Counted from the stretch's first letter, positions 11,701-20,511 are shown. The stretch: 64,000 nucleotides of DNA from an uncultured virus (IMG/VR IMGVR_UViG_3300032282_004167) (IMGVR_UViG_3300032282_004167); one strand, 5' to 3'. Notes: generated by a model not told the origin, from the sequence alone. Translations and numbers: made by a program.

Positions 11701-12005
11701 TTTAGCCTATCTTTAAAGGCAGTCCAATGACTAGACATCGCAGTTGGGGCTGGTGCTTGCCTGCCAAGTTCTTGCGTTACCGTGTCGAATCCAATAATTT
11801 CACGGTATCTGCTTATTTGTTCTGCCCTATTCGCAGCTGGTAATAATTCTAATGGTGCATGCGTATAAAAGCGTATTTGATTTATCAAATCAGCATTGTG
11901 TGCTCTTGCTAATTGGTTTACTTGCTCATGCCATTCTGATAACTGTTGAAGAAATTCTTCGTAAGTTCTTCCATTAAGCGCTAATTTAGATAGATTTATT
12001 TGCAT
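8742..12005 (-). CDS. Large putative virion protein with an embedded DEDDh (DnaQ-like) 3'-5' exonuclease domain
   Basis: 1087 aa. ExoI FTIFDIETAG, ExoII IVGHNIANFD, ExoIII LHEGEVDV. C-terminal hydrophobic helix GAAGLVTGAVALALY. Confidence 0.7.
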   Translation of the reverse strand: MQINLSKLALNGRTYEEFLQQLSEWHEQVNQLARAHNADLINQIRFYTHAPLELLPAANRAEQISRYREIIGFDTVTQELGRQAPAPTAMSSHWTAFKDRLKARLDSGRIDRLESVRAHLSMYESAEGAYGRFLLDPTETNVPVLTQIYRDMNVQFNEYISPVGSGYSGAAEFASESKYLTFGQRSIRRFSEEALLNPLAQVGHSFPLQSGKSFTIFDIETAGLMKGQIREVAYSTGIVGSQTGGAVESILSRPPAFRKGRIGYQDANTGEWLSRTLEEHVQATGGQQYANFLNMDTDNVIDKFTEDIEPFLQKLESSDYIVGHNIANFDIHQIFHQISKSSKYNNLNTTYKERIDKLFNDIISNNKIVDTLDLVKSNTDLEGVDVANEFVRRGELKPFSVENLLLETNLIDYLKEHPNESQAEVIQRLKNTAGLHEGEVDVAITRAIFENHKLRKASISDQSFRNWVVSSKAIVPSTKVGGVSEVSDLSLGKMLRANANVGLDESTLNDPQAIQQIKDIRSRLSNGLIDEKQAAAEARNILSTQSINPFNMNMVEQEILETRNLSVGAGNTLTQSNLIEGLGEFRRFSYDQRATVGRRIKNRLYTSMGYSGGSNVPQDWNAFQGAMGDLGMPWAGLSHEERKLGSAVATATSDLVQNSASAPFASDLLMSHFSAFDPDKIQYYPGKFESGRFTMSTRTLESEGILSQGAALRPSIVRESLKRDAVSVNLLVDLNKQQAENLSSRLVGLVQGGNDLEISRFVLGKNTDTELMEHMINENMISALELDESGKLVPTSQPAMVKSFDRKTQQISAHFKDNFSELKGELEDINQRHIAGMITDSEKDSEIQAIKARLATQLEQGVAVAQASPEHSKTIIQSIADMTSHDAADITDKSMTGIGFHYADTMEGRGIVRTAGVTATIGRDLEGGAAIGFGQIGSQVERTLEASSLIERLDPSLRAMAGGRAAAKTRVSADAATRAFEIMERYGPAAKRGAAGLVTGAVALALYKRHKRNKQFDESFEQMPTERGSNYSIDDQLEIKKQMGINKYYQKYDPLSTANTVQQLNDARIGHTNMSYNRNNALYGGIL

Positions 12006-12010
12006 AAAAA

Positions 12011-12718
12011 TTATTCCTTGTCTATCTCTATATAGTCATCTATATCGACAATACCTAAGCGCTCTTTGAGTAGTTCATCTTTTTGATACTGTAGTTCTTT
12101 AAATGAGGTCATTAAATTAGCTACAACTTGCGCGGAATCAAGTTGAGCCATACCTGCCTTAGCTTTAGCTTCTCTTGTTGCTAATAACTGTTTGAATAGT
12201 TGTTGACGTCTTTTGTGTAAGCGATCTTCTAATTCTACGGCAAGGTGAAGCTCTTTACGTAATACGGGATCTCCATCTGAATCTAAACCAACAATATTTT
12301 CCTGTATAAAGCTCTCTTTAGAAAGTAATTTTGTTTTACGTATATATTGGACTTCTTGATCAACTAAGTCTCTAATCATTGATAGTTCCACTAAATTACC
12401 AGGATCAACGTCTAATTGATCTATATAGTCAGCCATAAAATTCCTCACTATTGAAAGTTCTATCGGACATGGCATATTAATTGGAGCAATTTTTTCTTTC
12501 TCAAGAGGACACGTACTTGCAAACGGACACTTTGAAGAAGTACATGACATTGGTATTGAAGTAAACATTGATGTCTTGACTTTATTAGAAGTAGTGTGAA
12601 AAGCTACTCTCTTCTTTTTTGAATCATCCCAATCAGCTGGTAAAAATTCATCTTGATAATTTTTTTCGAATGCTTGTAGAAATTCTTCTTTAGCCGTTAG
12701 CTTTTCTATTTCTTTCAT
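12011..12718 (-). CDS. Possible terminase small subunit with a Cys cluster
   Basis: 235 aa. CTSSKCPFASTCP...CP followed by a helical region. Size and position in the packaging operon fit, but the function is inferred. Confidence 0.4.
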   Translation of the reverse strand: MKEIEKLTAKEEFLQAFEKNYQDEFLPADWDDSKKKRVAFHTTSNKVKTSMFTSIPMSCTSSKCPFASTCPLEKEKIAPINMPCPIELSIVRNFMADYIDQLDVDPGNLVELSMIRDLVDQEVQYIRKTKLLSKESFIQENIVGLDSDGDPVLRKELHLAVELEDRLHKRRQQLFKQLLATREAKAKAGMAQLDSAQVVANLMTSFKELQYQKDELLKERLGIVDIDDYIEIDKE

Positions 12719-12875
12719 ATCGTGACAACCTTAATTCAAATATTGTTTCATATTTGATATTTTTATTTATGAATTCCTCAAAATGTTCGGGGCATAGATG
12801 AATGAAATCACCTACACCCCTACTAAACCAAACCTCTTTAATTGCACTGCATAAGCAGTATTCGCATGTTAACAA
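12690..12875 (-). CDS. Small Zn-binding hypothetical protein
   Basis: CEYC...LCPEH motif, fills the operon gap. Confidence 0.45.
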   Translation of the reverse strand: MLTCEYCLCSAIKEVWFSRGVGDFIHLCPEHFEEFINKNIKYETIFELRLSRYERNRKANG

Positions 12876-13076
12876 TTACTTCTTCTTACCACGCAACTTA
12901 CTTAACGTAGTAGCAAGGTTAGCTTGTTTACGAGTTGTAGTACTAAATTTATTTGGTGCTGCTTTTACTTTCTTAGCGAAAGCTGAAGTACTCATTTTTG
13001 CTTTCTTTGCCTTTGCACTGAATGCACCAGGATGCTTAATAGCACCTTTAATCCAGTTCTTGCTTTCTCCTGCCAT
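12876..13076 (-). CDS. Small highly basic protein (KNWIKGAIKHPGA type), possible DNA-condensing virion protein
   Basis: 66 aa, Lys/Ala-rich, preceded by an AGGAG RBS. Confidence 0.6.
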   Translation of the reverse strand: MAGESKNWIKGAIKHPGAFSAKAKKAKMSTSAFAKKVKAAPNKFSTTTRKQANLATTLSKLRGKKK

Positions 13077-13077
13077 T

Positions 13078-13311
13078 TTAATCTCCTAAATTATTGTCTT
13101 GTTTAACACATAGTTCACTACAGTAATAGTTGCCATTATATTCAGATAACATTGCAAATCTTTTTTTTGTTTCACAACGCTTGCATAGTCTAAATGCACC
13201 TTTTGCTAACGCTATATACTTGACCTTTTTACCGTATATTTGTTTAACGCTACTGTCTGACACAGTCTGCTTAGGCTTGCCCAATTGAATCTCCAATTTT
13301 ATAATTGTCAA
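13078..13311 (-). CDS. Small Zn-finger protein
   Basis: CKRC...YCSELC. Confidence 0.45.
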   Translation of the reverse strand: MTIIKLEIQLGKPKQTVSDSSVKQIYGKKVKYIALAKGAFRLCKRCETKKRFAMLSEYNGNYYCSELCVKQDNNLGD

Positions 13312-13726
13312 CCTCTATCAAGGCTTTTACCAAGCCTTTTTGAAGTTTTTCTGCTATTTCTACTTTGCTACTTGCGCCTAGTACTAATGAAAACTGTCTC
13401 ATTTCGTCGGCGGTGAATGATTCATCTAGTCTAAATCTACTACCACCACAAATGCTACAAAAATCATTATCACTACATCCGCATGGAGATATTATACCAA
13501 AGTATTCTAAAGAATTAGCTATATCAAACCATTTTTGCTTGAAACTAGACTTAACTCTTTCTTTATAGGCTCGCAATTTGTTAGGATCGTTACAAACTAA
13601 AGTACCAAAATCTAACATTAATTTCATTAAATCAGAATGTGTTTTATAAAGGTATTTTGGAAATTCAAAATCACCTTTTTCATCAATAAACTTCTGCCAA
13701 TCATTATTCATAATCACTCCAAACAT
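13271..13726 (-). CDS. Hypothetical protein with a CxC..CxxC motif
   Basis: 151 aa. CGCSDNDFCSICGG. Confidence 0.55.
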   Translation of the reverse strand: MFGVIMNNDWQKFIDEKGDFEFPKYLYKTHSDLMKLMLDFGTLVCNDPNKLRAYKERVKSSFKQKWFDIANSLEYFGIISPCGCSDNDFCSICGGSRFRLDESFTADEMRQFSLVLGASSKVEIAEKLQKGLVKALIEVDNYKIGDSIGQA

Positions 13727-13755
13727 AAAACATTTAAATAAATTATTAATTACCT

Positions 13756-14151
13756 CTAAGCAAAACCACCTGAAGACCTTGAGCTCAACATACCGCTGCC
13801 ACCAGAAGACATGCCCCCAGTGTAAGGGGTACCCCCCTTAAATCTTCCGCCAGCAGCAGCAATGCCTCTTCTTGAGTTAGGATTAGGAGGAGCAGCCATC
13901 CCATACATTGCAGCGCCCCCAACTGCTGCACCCAAAACGCGTCTTCTACCTCTTTTAACTGCATACTCTGCATTCTTTGCAAAGCTTGTGTCTAGACTTC
14001 TGAGCCCTGGTTTTCCAACAGCACTGAAGAACTTATCGCTAGCTCTAGCACCTTTTGCGACTCTCGTAGCTATCCTTGAATCTCTTGATAAAGTTGGCAG
14101 TGCTTTACCAATAGTTTCTCCAGCTCTTCCAATACTTCCTAAAATAGACAT
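13756..14151 (-). CDS. Small basic Gly-rich putative virion protein
   Basis: 131 aa, same composition class as 6854-8742. Confidence 0.45.
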   Translation of the reverse strand: MSILGSIGRAGETIGKALPTLSRDSRIATRVAKGARASDKFFSAVGKPGLRSLDTSFAKNAEYAVKRGRRRVLGAAVGGAAMYGMAAPPNPNSRRGIAAAGGRFKGGTPYTGGMSSGGSGMLSSRSSGGFA

Positions 14152-14166
14152 GTATTTTCCTTTCGA

Positions 14167-14748
14167 CTAGAACATGTAAGGACCAGTAGGTCTACCGCTT
14201 TGTCTATCTGCTGCAGGACCAGATCTGTTTTTATATGCCGAGACCAAACCAACACCGATACCTGCGCCTGCAACAACCTTCGCCATTCTTCTACCCTTCG
14301 ATGCTTGATTTATCACTTTTGGCGGTGTCATTGCGACCGAACTAGAAGCTGGTCTTACCGCTTTCATTGCCTCTACTGGCTTAGTCCTAGTTCCACCCCT
14401 ACTGACACCAAAGCCGTTCCTTGGCTGGGAGTACGAACGCCCTCTCGGGCGTGGTGGAAATCTTTCCGTGCTAGTGGTATTGACACCAAAGCCGTTCCTT
14501 GGCTGGGAGTACGAACGCCCTCTCGGGCGTGGTGGAAATTCAGGACGACTAACTACACCTGATTCGATGGCTCTTCTAGCCTCAGGCATAGCTTCTCTTG
14601 CTGTAGCTTCTATAATCCTTTCAGAGACAGGTACTTTCATCCATGCACGATGAGACATTCCTCCGAATAGTCCATGCTCTAAGGCGCTCTTGACGGTTCG
14701 TTCCGACCCCCTGCTCATCATGTCTTTAAGGATAGATTTACCTATCAT
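14167..14748 (-). CDS. Basic putative virion protein with an internal duplication
   Basis: 193 aa. FPPRPRGRSYSQPRNGFGV occurs twice. Confidence 0.5.
   Translation of the reverse strand: MIGKSILKDMMSRGSERTVKSALEHGLFGGMSHRAWMKVPVSERIIEATAREAMPEARRAIESGVVSRPEFPPRPRGRSYSQPRNGFGVNTTSTERFPPRPRGRSYSQPRNGFGVSRGGTRTKPVEAMKAVRPASSSVAMTPPKVINQASKGRRMAKVVAGAGIGVGLVSAYKNRSGPAADRQSGRPTGPYMF
14403..14539. repeat. Two identical 59-bp direct repeats, 78-bp period, in frame
   Basis: tgacaccaaagccgttcc...gtggtggaaat at 14403-14461 and 14481-14539. Confidence 0.95.
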
Positions 14749-14756
14749 TGCCGTCC

Positions 14757-16118
14757 TCAGTTCAATATAAAATTATCTTTTTCTGTTGTTATATTGAATA
14801 TAGTACCTTTGGCATACTTATTATTTAACAGTAAATCTGCAAGTTGTGTCTCGATCATATCTCTTCTTACCTTTGACATTCCTCTTGCGCCCTCCATAGT
14901 TTTACTTGATAATTTAACTAATAACTCTAGTGTGTCTGAATTCCATACAATGTTGATCTGTTGTTTATATAATTTATCAGCGAGATACAACATTTCTAAC
15001 TCTGCAATCTTCAATAGATCGTCATGATTCAAATAGTTAAATATAATTATGTCGTCTAACCTATTAATAAATTCTGGTTTAAAGAACTTTCTTATTTCTT
15101 CGTTAGTTATTCTTTCAACTAATTCTCTCTTCGGCGTATTTTTTGAGTCATAAGAATCATTTATATTGGAAGTAAAACCAGCTGATTTTTCAAAAGTTAT
15201 TTTTGATACCTTATCATTTCCTATATTAGATGTAATAACTACTATTGCATTTTTAAATGAAACGTTATTACCTTTATTGTCGGTTATATATCCATCATCA
15301 AATACTTTTAAGAATGTATGCCAAAAATCAGGGTGTGCTTTTTCCGCCTCATCCAATAGCACTACCGTGTCTGGGTGTTTAGTTATCTGCTTAACTAATT
15401 GACTGGCTTCATCATGACCTATATAGCCAGGTGGAGATCCGGTAATCTTTTGATTTTCATGTTTGTGCTGGAACTCCCCACAATCAATTCTTATGATTTC
15501 ATGAGTATCAAACATATATGAATGTAGTTCTTTTGCAAGACGTGTTTTACCTACTCCTGATGGACCGCAGAAAAGAAATACACCTAACGGCCTATTAGGG
15601 TCATTCAAGCCAACTTGTGCTCGCTTCATAGCTGAAGAAAGTTTTTTTATTGATTCTTGTTGTCCTATTATTTTTTCGGACAGATATCTTTCTATATTTA
15701 TAAGTTTTGAGTGTGGTATAGAATTAGTTTTCTTTTTCTGCGTTGGTTTTTTTTCTGCAGTGTTTTTTATTGATTCTTTGCCTTCGGTCAATTGTTTTGT
15801 TTCATCTTTAACAAAAGTGTTATGCGAGACAGTAAGTTCCAACCATGTTGCGACATCTAGCGCTGGGTTTAGCATAATGCATCCGTTGTATAAGGATGTC
15901 AAGGCTTCATCAGCTGCCATCTTACTCATCTTACGAATAGCTGAAGAAACATCTGTCTTGAGATTGAACACACACATCTCTAGGATCAACAGTACGTACT
16001 CCATTCTTGGAGTTTTTTCGTTTTTTAACCCTATCTCTCTAGCTTCTTCCGGCATTAGTGCTTTGAACTTAACCGTAATGTCTAGGTTTGAGTAGTAGAT
16101 CTCATACAATTTCAACAT
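14757..16118 (-). CDS. Clp/Hsp100-type AAA+ ATPase (single D2 module)
   Basis: IIGQ, RPLGVFLFCGPSGVGKT, GSPPGYIGH pore loop, VLLDEAEKAHP, FKPEFINRLD, GAR. Confidence 0.9.
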   Translation of the reverse strand: MLKLYEIYYSNLDITVKFKALMPEEAREIGLKNEKTPRMEYVLLILEMCVFNLKTDVSSAIRKMSKMAADEALTSLYNGCIMLNPALDVATWLELTVSHNTFVKDETKQLTEGKESIKNTAEKKPTQKKKTNSIPHSKLINIERYLSEKIIGQQESIKKLSSAMKRAQVGLNDPNRPLGVFLFCGPSGVGKTRLAKELHSYMFDTHEIIRIDCGEFQHKHENQKITGSPPGYIGHDEASQLVKQITKHPDTVVLLDEAEKAHPDFWHTFLKVFDDGYITDNKGNNVSFKNAIVVITSNIGNDKVSKITFEKSAGFTSNINDSYDSKNTPKRELVERITNEEIRKFFKPEFINRLDDIIIFNYLNHDDLLKIAELEMLYLADKLYKQQINIVWNSDTLELLVKLSSKTMEGARGMSKVRRDMIETQLADLLLNNKYAKGTIFNITTEKDNFILN

Positions 16119-16904
16119 CTGCTATCTGCCCTTCGGTACCACCTAGTAGATAGTAGTATCTCATTTTAGGTAATGACTACCCACCCATTCGGTTGAGCGT
16201 TACCTACTCGCTGTTCCGAACGGATGGGATTGACCCGTCACCAACGCGGGGATCTTTAACCAACATCTTCTTCTCCTGCCCTAACTAGCTCCTATTTTTT
16301 CAGAACTAGAGCGCTCCCTGGATTTAGGCCAGTTCCTGGTTGACTAGTTTTACCTAGGGACACTACCGATCCTCGATTTGCTGCAGGTCATGTTGCTTGT
16401 AGGGGCAATCTATGTTGCAGGAATAGTCTGTCGTAGTGAACGCTTCTTGTAGCTTCTCAACTTTTCGTTAACGCGCTTTTAACCCTCGCCCGGTCGGAAG
16501 GTGTCTAATGTCATCAGTCACTGACTGGATCTAATCTATTGTCGCATACTCCTCAGCTATTAGGGTCATTGATTCTGTAGTCGTACATCATATCAAGATA
16601 CTCTATCTCTTCGCGAGATTGTCTTGATAATTTTTTCATATCAATAATAAATTTTAACTCAACGCTGTTAACTAAGCTTAAGTCCCGAATGCCAGATGGG
16701 TTGTACTTCTTCAATCGATGGACCCCTTTCTATAGAAGGACCAAATAATTTCCAAAATCTTACTAGATCGTCTACCCCAGAAATTTGATTACTCAACATC
16801 CATAAACCATGCATGACATCTTCTTCTAAAATTCTCATAAAATATTTTCCTCTTTTGTGTTGCAAAACACCGATTCGTACGTTATATTCTATCACATGAT
16901 TATT

Positions 16905-17147
16905 ATGAATGAAAATAAAAGCAATATAAACAGTGATCTCAAAAGAGATATATCAAAGAAAATGAAAAGAGAAAAGGATCTAGAACTTCTTCTGTCTAGA
17001 GTCAGAGAACAAATGCTTGGTGAAGAAAAAGAAATGCGAACCGAGTTAGAAATACTGAAGAATAAAATTCTAGAAGCTCTTAAGAATGAAAGAGCACAAA
17101 TAAAAGATTTAGTTCGGCAATTAGCCGAGCTTGAATCAGCAGAGTAA
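16905..17147 (+). CDS. Small coiled-coil protein
   Basis: Helical charged ORF immediately upstream of recA. Start position approximate. Confidence 0.5.
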   Translation: MNENKSNINSDLKRDISKKMKREKDLELLLSRVREQMLGEEKEMRTELEILKNKILEALKNERAQIKDLVRQLAELESAE

Positions 17148-17166
17148 TGCTGATATAATAGTCGGT

Positions 17167-18168
17167 ATGACTCAATCAAATACTGACTTAAAAGCATTAG
17201 AATTAGCAATCGCTAAATTAGAAAAACAGTTTGGAAAAAATACTGTTATATACGGGAACATACTTCCCGAAGAGATACCTGTAGTATCTACTTCTAATTT
17301 CAAACTCGATCTTGCTCTTGGGGTTGGTGGTCTCCCCAAGGGTAGGATCGTTGAGATATTCGGTGGAGAAGCGCTTGGTAAATCTCTCATTGCCCTGGGA
17401 TGCGTCGCTGAATGCCAAAAAGCTGGTGGACGCGCTGCATATATCGACGTTGAGTGTGATCTTGATCCAGAATGGGCTCAAAAACTTGGCGTAGATATGT
17501 CAAAGCTTATTATCGCTCAACCAGAAAGCGGTGAAGAGGCCCTGCAGATTGCAGAAGACCTGATAAAAACTGGCGTAATCGACCTTATGGTTGTAGATTC
17601 GGTTGCTGCAATGACGCCAAAGTCTGAAATAGAAGGCAACATGGACGACATGCAAGTCGGCGCGCAAGCGCGAATGATGGCTAAAGGTCTTCGCAAGTTA
17701 CGACATCCAGTCGCTGAGTCTAATACGTGTCTAGTGTTCATTAACCAAATTAGGGACAAGATAGGTTTCATGCAGCAGGGTACAACTTCTCCTGGTGGTA
17801 GGTCGTTAAAGTTTGCAGCATCTGTGAGAATAGAGTTGAAAAGAATATCAGACATCAAGTCAACTGCTGGCGAATCGCTTGGTACTCGCGTAAAAGCAAT
17901 AGTCATAAAGAACAAAGTTGCCGCGCCTATGAAAGCAGTAGAGTATGATATTCTTCATGGTCAAGGATTCAATAACCTCGGTGCAGTTGTCGAATTATCA
18001 GAACGTTTAGGATTAATTAGGAAATCTGGTGCGTACTATTATAGATTAGGTGAAGAGAAATCATTTGCTCAAGGTATGAACAACGCAATGGAAGCCTTGT
18101 CAAATGATCTTAAATGGTTTGAGGAATTAAAGAAAGAGATTAGTAGCAAAAATGCAGAGTTACAATGA
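17167..18168 (+). CDS. recA: RecA recombinase
   Basis: LDLALGVGGLPKGRIVEIFG, QPESGEEAL, VVDSVAAMTPKSEIEG, FINQIRDKIG, GGRSLKF, KNKVAAP. Likely ATG at 17167. Confidence 0.97.
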   Translation: MTQSNTDLKALELAIAKLEKQFGKNTVIYGNILPEEIPVVSTSNFKLDLALGVGGLPKGRIVEIFGGEALGKSLIALGCVAECQKAGGRAAYIDVECDLDPEWAQKLGVDMSKLIIAQPESGEEALQIAEDLIKTGVIDLMVVDSVAAMTPKSEIEGNMDDMQVGAQARMMAKGLRKLRHPVAESNTCLVFINQIRDKIGFMQQGTTSPGGRSLKFAASVRIELKRISDIKSTAGESLGTRVKAIVIKNKVAAPMKAVEYDILHGQGFNNLGAVVELSERLGLIRKSGAYYYRLGEEKSFAQGMNNAMEALSNDLKWFEELKKEISSKNAELQ

Positions 18169-18298
18169 TACTTGTCCCTTTTGCGATTCATGGAACGTAA
18201 GAGCAGGGGACAGTTTCAAGGAATTAGAAGATACGATTGAGTTTACAATTTTCTGTAGGGAGTGCGGAGAGAATTGGAACGAAATAGAAGAAAAATAA
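18152..18298 (+). CDS. 48-aa Zn-ribbon protein
   Basis: Below the ORF-track cutoff. MQSYNDTCPFCDS...FCRECGENW. Confidence 0.6.
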   Translation: MQSYNDTCPFCDSWNVRAGDSFKELEDTIEFTIFCRECGENWNEIEEK

Positions 18299-18388
18299 AA
18301 GATACTTGTTGTTAATAAAACAATAACAACTATATTAGCCCGTCTATATAGCTAGATGGGCTAATTTAATACTTGCGCGAGGTGCAGT

Positions 18389-18901
18389 ATGTTTAGCGAA
18401 TACCATTTATTAACTCAACCAATGGGTTTATTAACCTATGGCCATCTTAGGCTGAAAACTCCATCACAGTATCTGGAAGAATGGTCCAGCAATGACAATA
18501 GACTGATACAGGGCATGATATGGTTGATGGACTATCATAAGGGTGTCGCACTTGCTGCTAATCAAGTAGATCTTCCACATAACTTTTTCATTATGAGATG
18601 TCCAGATGTCAAGGTTATTATTAATCCTCGTATTGTAAGTCACGAAGACGAAGGTTATCAACGAGGACTAGAAGGATGCTTGTCTTTTCCCGGACTTAGT
18701 CACCTTATGATAAGACCTATATCGATAAGAGTTGAGTACGTATCCTATCCTGATTTAACGTATAGACAAGAGATAATGACTGGCATTAATGCCCGCATCT
18801 TTTGCCACGAACTAGATCATTTAAATGGTAAACTTATGATAGACCATATGACAGAGGAGGAAAGAAATGAGTTCATCAGAAAATATAGATCAGCTGTATA
18901 A
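18389..18901 (+). CDS. def: Peptide deformylase
   Basis: GVALAANQV, EGCLS, HELDHLNG. Confidence 0.95.
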   Translation: MFSEYHLLTQPMGLLTYGHLRLKTPSQYLEEWSSNDNRLIQGMIWLMDYHKGVALAANQVDLPHNFFIMRCPDVKVIINPRIVSHEDEGYQRGLEGCLSFPGLSHLMIRPISIRVEYVSYPDLTYRQEIMTGINARIFCHELDHLNGKLMIDHMTEEERNEFIRKYRSAV

Positions 18902-19151
18902 GATCGTTGGTATGAGGCGCATGCCAGAAGATGACATCGTTCCTGACTCAGTTGCTCACCTGGTTTACCTAAGGAAGAATACTGATGCAGAAGAAAGCCC
19001 CGAAAGCCCCGCATTGGTGCCTATTTTCTGTTCTGGCTCGCAATGGGACCTTATGTGGTGGATCTATAGGTTACAGGACTGCGACACTACGTTCGATGAT
19101 TTCCTAGCCTCTTTCCTCGGAGAGATCTACGAAACGTATAGAAGGAAATAA
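18867..19151 (+). CDS. Hypothetical protein
   Basis: 94 aa ORF overlapping the end of def, with an AGAGGAGG RBS. Confidence 0.5.
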   Translation: MSSSENIDQLYKIVGMRRMPEDDIVPDSVAHLVYLRKNTDAEESPESPALVPIFCSGSQWDLMWWIYRLQDCDTTFDDFLASFLGEIYETYRRK

Positions 19152-19814
19152 TTCTTGGTCTAACCAGTTCTTGTTTAAAACTTTATTGGTGAACCATGAA
19201 TTAATCTCGGTTTGAGTTTGCGTTTTTTGCAAAATATTTATATTGAATGTTTTTTCGATAATTGTTTGGTCTGTATTGGCTAAAAGCGCATTTTTTGGAA
19301 ATATTGTTCGATCCCAGCCCGCCGCAATACTTAGATGGGGTATTTCCTCCAGCTTCTTGAGGTTCTTGTGGAGTCTTTTGAGGAACACTGAGCCAGATAA
19401 TGTGTCATAAGTAGCTCTTGAGAATATTGTTGATAACTTAAAGAGCTTCTTGTAACGGCTTCTACCGTTGACAGGAGATGCTATGCTCACTACGGCATGT
19501 GTGTTCTGTGCGATTTTCTTGTTCCACTCAAGGAGGTCAAGAGCTATTAGTCCTCCCATCCTATAGCCTATTATTGTAAGGGAGCCATGCTTGTCATAGA
19601 GTCGTTCAGCATCTATATATTGTGCCGCCATATTGGAAATTTGTGGGACTGAGTGGTTTATGCCCTGGTTGGGGTAGAATAAGCAGTGTACTTCGTCAAA
19701 GGCTTTTAGGTTCTTGAGGAACTTTGTGTAATAAAGTTGTGATATTGCTCTGTTGTTACCCCAAGAAGGGATAAAGATACAGCATCTGGTGTTGGGTGTA
19801 GCGGTTTTTGTCAT
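19104..19814 (-). CDS. Alpha/beta-hydrolase (lipase/esterase-like) fold protein, probably inactive
   Basis: IIGYRMGG where GHSMGG is expected, VVSIASPVNG, SIAAGWD. Confidence 0.65.
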   Translation of the reverse strand: MTKTATPNTRCCIFIPSWGNNRAISQLYYTKFLKNLKAFDEVHCLFYPNQGINHSVPQISNMAAQYIDAERLYDKHGSLTIIGYRMGGLIALDLLEWNKKIAQNTHAVVSIASPVNGRSRYKKLFKLSTIFSRATYDTLSGSVFLKRLHKNLKKLEEIPHLSIAAGWDRTIFPKNALLANTDQTIIEKTFNINILQKTQTQTEINSWFTNKVLNKNWLDQELFPSIRFVDLSEERG

Positions 19815-19965
19815 TTTATTGCGTCCAATCTCGTGTTTGAGTGAGAGTTTGTCTCATTCTACACGAGTTTTTTGCTTTATAGGCATAAAAATAAGAAAAA
19901 AATTTTGTAATCAGTGGAAAATTGGGGGAAATGTAGGGATTTCTAACGATTTAAGAAGTAATTGA

Positions 19966-19981
19966 TCGAACATATGTTCAT
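19966..19981. promoter_or_regulatory. Possible Gram-positive/actinobacterial LexA (SOS) box
   Basis: TCGAAC-ATAT-GTTCAT versus the consensus TCGAAC-N4-GTTCGA, in a divergent intergenic region. Confidence 0.35.
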
Positions 19982-20106
19982 ATATAGTAGTAAAAATAAG
20001 AAAAATAAGTGAAGGGGGTATAGGATGAGTGATCGTGACTCAAAGGCCCTAACGAGCCCACGGGGGGATGGGGTCCTCTCTGCCTAGACATAGGAACAAT
20101 AGACTC

Positions 20107-20205
20107 TCTCATATGGTGAAGACAGGTTCGACTCCTGTCATGAGAACTTGCGGTACATACTACCGCTACACTTCTACCTGATGAAAAGGAAGTAGTCAGG
20201 AGAAG
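20107..20205 (+). ncRNA. tRNA-like leader element 1
   Basis: TCTCAT/ATGAGA stem, GACAGG-TTCGACT-CCTGTC arm, GCGGTA/TACCGC hairpin, then CTGAT-GAAA..AAGTA-GTCAG hairpin before the RBS. Confidence 0.8.
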
Positions 20206-20210
20206 AAAGG

Positions 20211-20504
20211 ATGGCTGTCATGGCTGTCTACGATAAGAAAGCGTGGACCGTGGCGAAAGTCACAGTTGACGGAGAGCACTTGAAGTTTGACGGTGCAGTA
20301 ACGGCAACTTGGACCGTCTACTCATCATCAACCGAACTTGAAGTCGGCAATGACGACTACGGTCACATCATCTTCAATGTGATTGATCAACCGATCATCA
20401 TTGGCAAAGAAGTCACATTTGTTGCGCGTTTCCTGCGTGACAACACAATTATGGACCATAAAGTAGTGATATCGGATGCTCGTCCGATCATTTTCTTGAA
20501 GTAG
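20211..20504 (+). CDS. Hypothetical early protein
   Basis: 97 aa, RBS in leader element 1. Confidence 0.65.
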   Translation: MAVMAVYDKKAWTVAKVTVDGEHLKFDGAVTATWTVYSSSTELEVGNDDYGHIIFNVIDQPIIIGKEVTFVARFLRDNTIMDHKVVISDARPIIFLK

Positions 20505-20511
20505 TCCATCA

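Noticed and set aside
14403..14539. Direct repeat as a CRISPR or regulatory repeat
   Set aside because: Only two copies, in frame inside a CDS: a simple intragenic duplication.
4931..18168. Inteins or introns in terminase and RecA
   Set aside because: Both have normal length and contiguous motifs.
20171..20205. CTGATGA suggesting a hammerhead ribozyme (also at about 21646)
   Set aside because: No stem II-GAAA-stem III arrangement. Element 2 has TTAGTGA at the same place, so the bases act as a stem.
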